A stretch of 56,864 nt of DNA, counting the filler, from Basidiobolus ranarum (Eukaryota), in assembly GCA_040143965.1 (NCBI GenBank). It is 6 parts of 6 records of this genome, joined end to end, with 100 filler letters (N's around TTAATTAATTAA, not from the genome) between each part and the next. Parts side by side here need not be neighbours in the genome. Positions count along the whole stretch, not along the records: positions 47,493 to 56,864 come from JASJQH010000834.1; 5 more parts are not named here. One strand, written 5' to 3'. The notes under the pieces are model-generated. The model had not been told where the DNA came from. It saw only the letters and a program-made list of their open reading frames with translations, and searched no databases. Within the stretch, counting starts at the first letter, position 1; every line of letters starts with the position of its first letter. The position numbers were made by a program, and so were the translations under genes. This document shows, piece by piece, positions 50,289 to 56,864 of the stretch.

Positions 50289-52111
50289 GCATCACTTCTC
50301 AGATTAAACGACACGTTCACGCAACACAATGTGTGCACCACATGAATCAGTAGTAAAATGGACTTGCCCCTTTCTATCGCCTTAATTTGATCGCATCCTT
50401 GCCAACCTTTCTTCATTTCGATGTAATATTGCCACTTACCATTCCCCTTTCCTCATTTTGTTTTCTTTTTTAATCCCTTTGCTTTCATTTTGATGAACTC
50501 TTTTACTTTTGATCTAACTTAGAATACAGACTATTGAAACATTGTCACTTCTCTCAATGGCTCGTCCAAATGGATGTGTCGTCTTTAACATATATTGGAA
50601 ATGTGGAAACAGTTTCAACTTGTCTGTTGATTGATATTAAAACAACCACCTGTTAGTTTAGATGCCCTTCATCATAATAAAAGGATAATACATACACATA
50701 CCGTAGCTAGTAGTAGTAGTATTCCACATAGAACCAAGAAAACTTGGTCTTCTCCCAGGTAGTCAAAGATTGATTCGATTCACCTGATTTTTCGAATTTG
50801 ACTTGTGTAGGTTTCATGAGTTCATGTTGGGTTATTATCAGGATGCATAGTTATGCATGTGTATATTGTCATTCATGTATATTATCCAAAATATAGATAA
50901 TCCCCATGAAGTCTTTAAAGTGGTATATATATATATATGATTAATAAAGCATCACGATATGTTTGTAACCCGGCACATACAAGGTGCCCTAGCACATGGC
51001 TCAAGTGAGTTTCTCTTCTAGAGGACATGTTTGCCGTAAAGAGGAAAAGAGTTGGTGCTAACATAAATGATTATCGTGGACTATTACTGTTCATATCTTC
51101 TCACGAAAGAACTTGAATAACCCTTGCTTTTATTTTCAGAGTCTAAAGATTCGATATCCATTCTCTGAGTGGGAATGAATCTGGGTTTGAGTAACTTAAT
51201 GGGGCATCGTTGTGGTTGTTGAGCCAGGATCAGAGGAATAGATCCGATGTCGTTTTGTTCAGAAATGTTGGGTTGACAGTATCTTCTAAATTCACTATTT
51301 GCACAGAGTATGGTGAGTCTTCATGCTTTTGGTTCAAAATTAGTTGTATCAGTTGATTAGCCGCATTTGCACCTGTCTGAGTAGAGTTTCAAATCTCCTC
51401 CACAATCTACACACTGTACTGATAGACCTGAGACCTAGTAATTTTGACGTGGAACATTGGTTTTATTGGACTCAGGTTCGGGAAGAATCTTACTAAAGTT
51501 GTAGCGTAAAGATCTGCATCGAAGTATAATAGACCCCAAGGAATGTATAGCGTGAAGGTTCTCAACAATCACCGGCATCCTAGCTGTTTCGTTTTCAAAA
51601 TTGCCGGACGTTTCGAAACAATCAAACCATAAATCAACACTAGGCAGATCAAAGGAAGTAAGACCGAATAACAAATGCGCGGGTCGATGAATTTAACATT
51701 TAGCTTCAGATTATACCAAATCAAAAATGAAGGTAACTATTCATGATGGGCGCAGGAGGCAAGTAGCATGGGAATAAGATGACCCCCGAGTGTTGCATTA
51801 CTCCCTACAAACATGATATGTAGCATCTATATGATCAGATCTAGAAGTGACATTTGTTTATCTCAAATGGTATTAGAAAGTGACAATCTGTGAGTAGCTA
51901 GACTACTCCTGTGAGATATCGTAGCTCACAATTAATGCGGAAATTAGAGTACACTAGAGTTCCGCCCTGCATACAAGTCTGGCATATCTGCAGCCTCCTT
52001 ACGAACAACTATTTGAGGGTGAAACGTGATGGAGCGAATTGCTTATTTTACTGATGTTCCTTATGTGTGCCGACTCTCTTGAACCTTGTCTTCAAACTAA
52101 TCTCAACTTGA

Positions 52112-53001
52112 ATGGCCAAAAGTAATTACCAAAGTGTAACTCCAGGTGACAATTCTGCCAATAACATGGCCAAAAAACCTTCGGAAGACATTGAGACAGA
52201 CACCTTTGTAGTGGTGATGACTCGGCGCGATATGTTCCGTAACTTGGCTAATAGGATTGTATATTCAAGGTTTTATACCTTTCTGTATATCGTGCTCGCC
52301 GTGCTTAGCTTAATTTCGGTAGTATTGGTATGTTCAGTTCAATGTTCCTCTTAGACTCTTAAACCCAATGATAACCGCTACGTATACTTCATTTGCAACA
52401 GAGTTTCTTGGATGAATGGTAGGCGGAAATCTCATCTCATTGGTATTAAGCTTATTTCTAACCGTGAGACCAGCCCAGGACTTGAGTTCTTTTTTTTAGA
52501 GATCATCATTAACCTAGCCATGCTTTTTGAGGTGACAATCCGTATGGTGGCCTTAGGGAAGGTATATATCTTGAGAGTTCATTGAGTTCGCACGGATACT
52601 GATCTTTCATTTTGGATAGACGTATTGGAAGTCGTTTCTTAACATACTAGACGTAGTATTAATGATGTTTTGTACCACTACGTTGGTTCTTTTGTTTCTC
52701 GGCTGCTCACCATTCAGTGAAAAAGAAGAGCTTGTCGATACTGTGTTCTTGGTTATTCGTAACGTGATACAATTCTGGCGATTAATTACGACTGTTCAGA
52801 AGTAATTTAGTTTTATTTATTTCAAATAATATTGCAACTTTAACTCACCACTTTACTATAAGGAATAAGCGACATATCAGTGCGAAAAATGCAACTATAG
52901 ATTTCCAAGATGTACGTCCTACTTCGATGGTTTTTGAGGATGTAACATTGAGTATTCCTCCTCATGGATATGTACTTGAAGAAGAAGAGGAGTACCCCTG
53001 A
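52112..53001 (+). CDS. Stand-alone voltage-sensor-like (Ion_trans S1-S4) membrane protein, 213 aa (exons 52112-52327, 52402-52418, 52474-52561, 52620-52801, 52863-53001)
   Basis: Five exons, including a 17-nt microexon, splice in frame. S2-like LEIIINLAMLFEVTIRM, S3-like YWKSFLNILDVV and S4-like LVIRNVIQFWRL. No pore helices. Confidence 0.8.
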
Positions 53002-54094
53002 AGTATTCTTACCTTCCTCAAGACGGCTGATGTATTTAAATAATCACTTCTCCTATGGTCTTAAATGCTTTTGAAAATTACCCGGCGCAAGTATACTTTT
53101 TACTACTTTGTGGAGTGTATTTGGAATGATCATTTGCTGTCTACATGAAAATCTCTCCAGTTTCTGTTGGAAATGCTTGATACTTTTTATTCATTTGCAT
53201 CGAAGCTTGCTTCTATGCAACTTTATGTCCATCACTTGTACTACAGCGATTTAGAAAATAAACAGAATTTAACGTGAATAAAAGGAAAACCAAACATATA
53301 GAGCATATACATATTTATATGTCAGTGATAACTTACAGTTAGTCTAGGAAAACGTAGCTGCCAAAGAGGCACTACTTATCTAGTCAAAAGCACATTATAT
53401 CGCGAGCCATGAATCCAATATTTTGCGAGATTTGCAAATGGTTTTGTGCTACTCGTATTTCAGTGAATCATGGTTCCTGTATGCACTATACGACTGGTTA
53501 ATTTGAATTTTTTCAGGGCGGCAAAGCAGGCTGATAGAAATTGGAGATCAGATGTGCATGATTGTATCCAACTAGGCGCACAATAGTATTGTACAAGCAA
53601 TTGTTGTGACTAGAGTTTTTAGCAAGCCAGGAGATTCCGCACGCTCTATATGTCTACAGTTCGGTAAGCTCAGAAAGCGCATATTGCAAGGAATCCCATA
53701 GAGAGTAATTAGAAGTGCCAGCTGATACTGTACGTAACCAATAGACAGTAGAGCATTATTCAGCGACAGACAATATTCGGAAAAATCAACAATAGGAGGC
53801 GAATGTTTATTAAGCAATCATCTCCTACCTAGATATTTCGATATCCCAACATCTAATCCATGTATGAGATGTTGAACTTGATAGGTGTAAACGGCCGATC
53901 ACATTCAACCAACCAATTCAATTTGTCTTTGATGTGGTTCTGAATTCAGCGTAAGGGTTTTGTTGGATGGGTCAGTCTAGTGGTCATGCGTGGCACCTTA
54001 TCCTATCTGTCTTATTTCTTAATAAACTTGATTATCTTTCACAAGCTTCATACAATCACTCATTTGTAAGTCGCCCTTCATTTTCAGTTCTCCC

Positions 54095-56864
54095 ATGGTG
54101 TTTTCCAAGGAGAGGCGAAATCATGACAGGTTACAGCCACCCTTGAACGACGCAACTTCGTTTGTTTCTTTCGATTCTCTTGGATACGATTCAGAAGGTG
54201 GTGATTCTGGAGTTATCTCAAAGCTCTTTAGTCGAGTCAAAAATACTTTGAACAATACCTCTGTGCAAAACTTGAGCATCAGTGGAGATACCAGTTCAAG
54301 CATTTATCCAGCACCTTCTATTCATTCGACTACCTCAATAATATCTAATACAACAACACCCGAAAGCCAAGGAAAAACTTCAATAGAAGAGAAAGACAGT
54401 ATTTTTGAGGATGGTTCTTCCGTCATGACGAGAACTTCGACTATACCACAATCAGAGACGAAATCGGATCTAGACCCGAAAGAGATACTTCCTGGCCACC
54501 TTAAACACAAACAACTTCAAGTTACAAACAAAAGCTCGTTTAGCAATATAATTAGACGTTTACGCGGAGAAGGCATTAATAAAGATTACTGGATGCAAGA
54601 TGACCATTGCAAGGAATGTTACGAATGTAAAGCTCCATTTACAACCTTCAGACGAAAACATCATTGTCGGATTTGTGGTAATACTTACATTCTTTTTATA
54701 CTTGATATTGTTTATTTCATTTGTGGGAAGTACTCTCTTAACAAACTCTGCTTTTCAGGTCAAATATTTTGTTCCAAATGCTCTTCTAAGATTATACCGG
54801 GTGAGCGATTTGGCTATCCTGGATTAATGAGAGTTTGCAACTATTGCTCTTCTCTTATCAGTAATGAATATTCGCAAGACCGTGAATCGTTGGACGGTAG
54901 CTCCATCGACGAACCTTTGCTGGCTCCTCCATCACCGCCTTCATTAACGATTTCGTCACTTGCATCAGAGAGCATACCAGGCCCATCAACACAGACACAA
55001 GAACAAATACTCGCATCATCATACACTAATTCACCTAAACTACTGAGTAAAAAGTTATCCTTTTTAGCTCCTCCTGCACATGTTGCTCTTCCAAATTCTA
55101 TTACCCCAACAGTAGCACTGAGTAACGCCGAGCCCACGGCCACTTATTCATTAAGTTCTCTTATTGATACAAACTCAGTGGAGGGGTTCAAGAGGATGTT
55201 ATCAGTAGGTACCAATATCTTATCAGGTAGATCGAGATCCAATACTTTTACCGAGGAGTCTAGCAATGACACGAATTTCTTGGCGCCATTCCGTAAGTAT
55301 ACAGCGGAGTATACGAAGAGCTCTGGCATGACGGACCCAAATCCTTTAATTGATCCAGAGATCGCACCGTATATGAGTGAAGATGATGATGAATCGCCGT
55401 ATGACTCATGGATTACCATACCAGCCAACTTCGTTCCAACCGGAAGTAACCCATCACAAATACCTGGACTCTCTCCAGAGATAGGCTTGTCCTCTTCCCC
55501 TATTCCAATCAACGAGGGGCTGGGGGGTGAGGATGAATTCTTGGATATTAGCTCGATGTCGTACCCAGTATATGGCAACAAAGAAAAGATGTCCAGTAGA
55601 ACCAGTTTCTCTAGAGATAAGATGGCTCATTCAAGCAACAGTTCGCCACTCTGGAGGTCACGTAGCCCAAGCTTTCATTCCAAGATAAAGCCCCGCAATT
55701 TCATGGGACTTAATAATGGAAATCCTCATTGGAGCAAAGGGTACAGACACCACCAGAGAGTCAACTCGACTCCAGTGAATGTAGAAATTAATGCAGCCTC
55801 GCTTCAACATATAAGAAAACTGTTGTTGCAAACGTTGAATGAATTGGAGGTAGACATACGTGATGGCTGGGAGCAGGTTTTAATGAAATTTGTGTTAAAG
55901 CTTTCTGACAATGTTCGTCCGAATGTTAGGTCAGGGGATGATATTGATATCAGACAATACGTGAAGATCAAGAAAATCCCTGGTGGCTCGCCAGCTGATT
56001 GTGAATACATCAATGGGTTTGTTTGTACCAAAAACTTGGCACATAAGAGAATGCCGCGTATACTCAAGAATCCTCGTATTATGATTTTTACCTTCTCATT
56101 GGAATATCATCGAGTTGATAATCAATATCTATCGTTAGAACCAGTGTTGGCACAGGAGCGAGAGCATCTGAAAAACTTGGTAGCTAGAGTAGTTGCTCTT
56201 AGACCCACGTTGATCATTGTGGAGAAGAGTGTTTCAAGATTGGCACTGGAATTCCTCATGAAAGCGAACGTTGCCGTAGCCTTTAACGTGAAACCTAGTG
56301 TTATTCAGACGATCGCTAGGTTTACCAGAGCTGATATCATTTCGTCGATTGACAAGTTATCACTTGAGCCTCGTCTAGGTAGATGTGGCACCTTTAGTCT
56401 ACGTACATTTGCCCATAACTTAATTCCAGGCAAGAAGAAGACATTTATGTTTTTTGAAGAGTGCCCCAAAGAACTTGGATGTAGCATCATCTTAAGAGGT
56501 GGAAGTATGGATACACTTAGTAAGATCAAGCAGCTCACCGATCTCATGGCATTCGTCGCTTTTAACTTAAAATTAGAGTCTTGCCTGTTACGAGATCAAT
56601 TTGCTTTAAATCCGGTAGTCAATCCCGAGACTGATAAACAACTGAGCGCCAGTGAACAAGAAGAATCTAGTGTGATCATCACAGAAATTGACGGAGACAC
56701 TAGGGTTATAGACGATGAGTTGGGCACTAGCATCTCTTTGGAGCAAATTGTTGCCGCCATGAAACCTTTCGAAACAAAAATCCTATCAGCTTCTCCATTC
56801 GTTAAATTCCCCCCTCCATACCTCCTGTCAGCAATGCGAGATGATGCCTTCAGATTGACGGCGC
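54095..56864 (+). CDS. FAB1: 1-phosphatidylinositol-3-phosphate 5-kinase Fab1/PIKfyve, 5' part (intron 54678-54758)
   Basis: FYVE domain WMQDDHCKECYEC...FRRKHHCRICG|QIFCSKC and CCT-like domain DIRQYVKIKKIPGG...KNLAHKRM. The frame is open to the window end, so it is missing from the ORF track. Confidence 0.96.
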   Translation, partial: MVFSKERRNHDRLQPPLNDATSFVSFDSLGYDSEGGDSGVISKLFSRVKNTLNNTSVQNLSISGDTSSSIYPAPSIHSTTSIISNTTTPESQGKTSIEEKDSIFEDGSSVMTRTSTIPQSETKSDLDPKEILPGHLKHKQLQVTNKSSFSNIIRRLRGEGINKDYWMQDDHCKECYECKAPFTTFRRKHHCRICGNTYILFILDIVYFICGKYSLNKLCFSGQIFCSKCSSKIIPGERFGYPGLMRVCNYCSSLISNEYSQDRESLDGSSIDEPLLAPPSPPSLTISSLASESIPGPSTQTQEQILASSYTNSPKLLSKKLSFLAPPAHVALPNSITPTVALSNAEPTATYSLSSLIDTNSVEGFKRMLSVGTNILSGRSRSNTFTEESSNDTNFLAPFRKYTAEYTKSSGMTDPNPLIDPEIAPYMSEDDDESPYDSWITIPANFVPTGSNPSQIPGLSPEIGLSSSPIPINEGLGGEDEFLDISSMSYPVYGNKEKMSSRTSFSRDKMAHSSNSSPLWRSRSPSFHSKIKPRNFMGLNNGNPHWSKGYRHHQRVNSTPVNVEINAASLQHIRKLLLQTLNELEVDIRDGWEQVLMKFVLKLSDNVRPNVRSGDDIDIRQYVKIKKIPGGSPADCEYINGFVCTKNLAHKRMPRILKNPRIMIFTFSLEYHRVDNQYLSLEPVLAQEREHLKNLVARVVALRPTLIIVEKSVSRLALEFLMKANVAVAFNVKPSVIQTIARFTRADIISSIDKLSLEPRLGRCGTFSLRTFAHNLIPGKKKTFMFFEECPKELGCSIILRGGSMDTLSKIKQLTDLMAFVAFNLKLESCLLRDQFALNPVVNPETDKQLSASEQEESSVIITEIDGDTRVIDDELGTSISLEQIVAAMKPFETKILSASPFVKFPPPYLLSAMRDDAFRLTA

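Noticed and set aside
54121-56547. Several minus-strand ORFs over the last 2.7 kb
   Set aside because: Antisense shadows of Fab1. The same applies to ORFs opposite PYC, PWP1 and the Bud21-like gene.

Overview
Eukaryotic DNA from an intron-rich, AT-rich fungus. Gene content and short GT-AG introns suggest an early-diverging lineage (Zoopagomycota/Mucoromycota; Basidiobolus-like is a guess). The window is not one locus. Six unlinked contigs of 9413, 9408, 9396, 9392, 9383 and at least 9372 nt, in descending size order, are joined by five artificial 100-nt spacers (N44-TTAATTAATTAA-N44). Contig 1: a candidate ~1 kb structured non-coding RNA, a PRM10/ThrE-type membrane protein, a class I hyaluronan synthase-like GT2 gene with chlorovirus/vertebrate HAS motifs, and the 3' end of a decayed Ty1/copia element. 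Contig 2: two tandem divergent HSF-domain genes plus relics. Contig 3: an alpha-arrestin with one in-frame TAG, a Tsp2-like tetraspanin, an intronless GPI-type GH9 with a non-canonical catalytic motif, and the 3' end of PI31. Contig 4: AAGAB/Irc6, an F-box/LRR protein, a small structured island, a Bud21/NOL7-like protein with TP repeats, and PWP1. Contig 5: a Zn-finger protein, a two-finger GATA factor and pyruvate carboxylase (5' part). Contig 6: GSK3, a stand-alone voltage-sensor-like protein and Fab1/PIKfyve (5' part). The best leads are the HAS-like gene, the large structured RNA candidate, the altered GH9 and the arrestin stop codon. All calls come from reading motifs by eye; no searches or folding programs were run.
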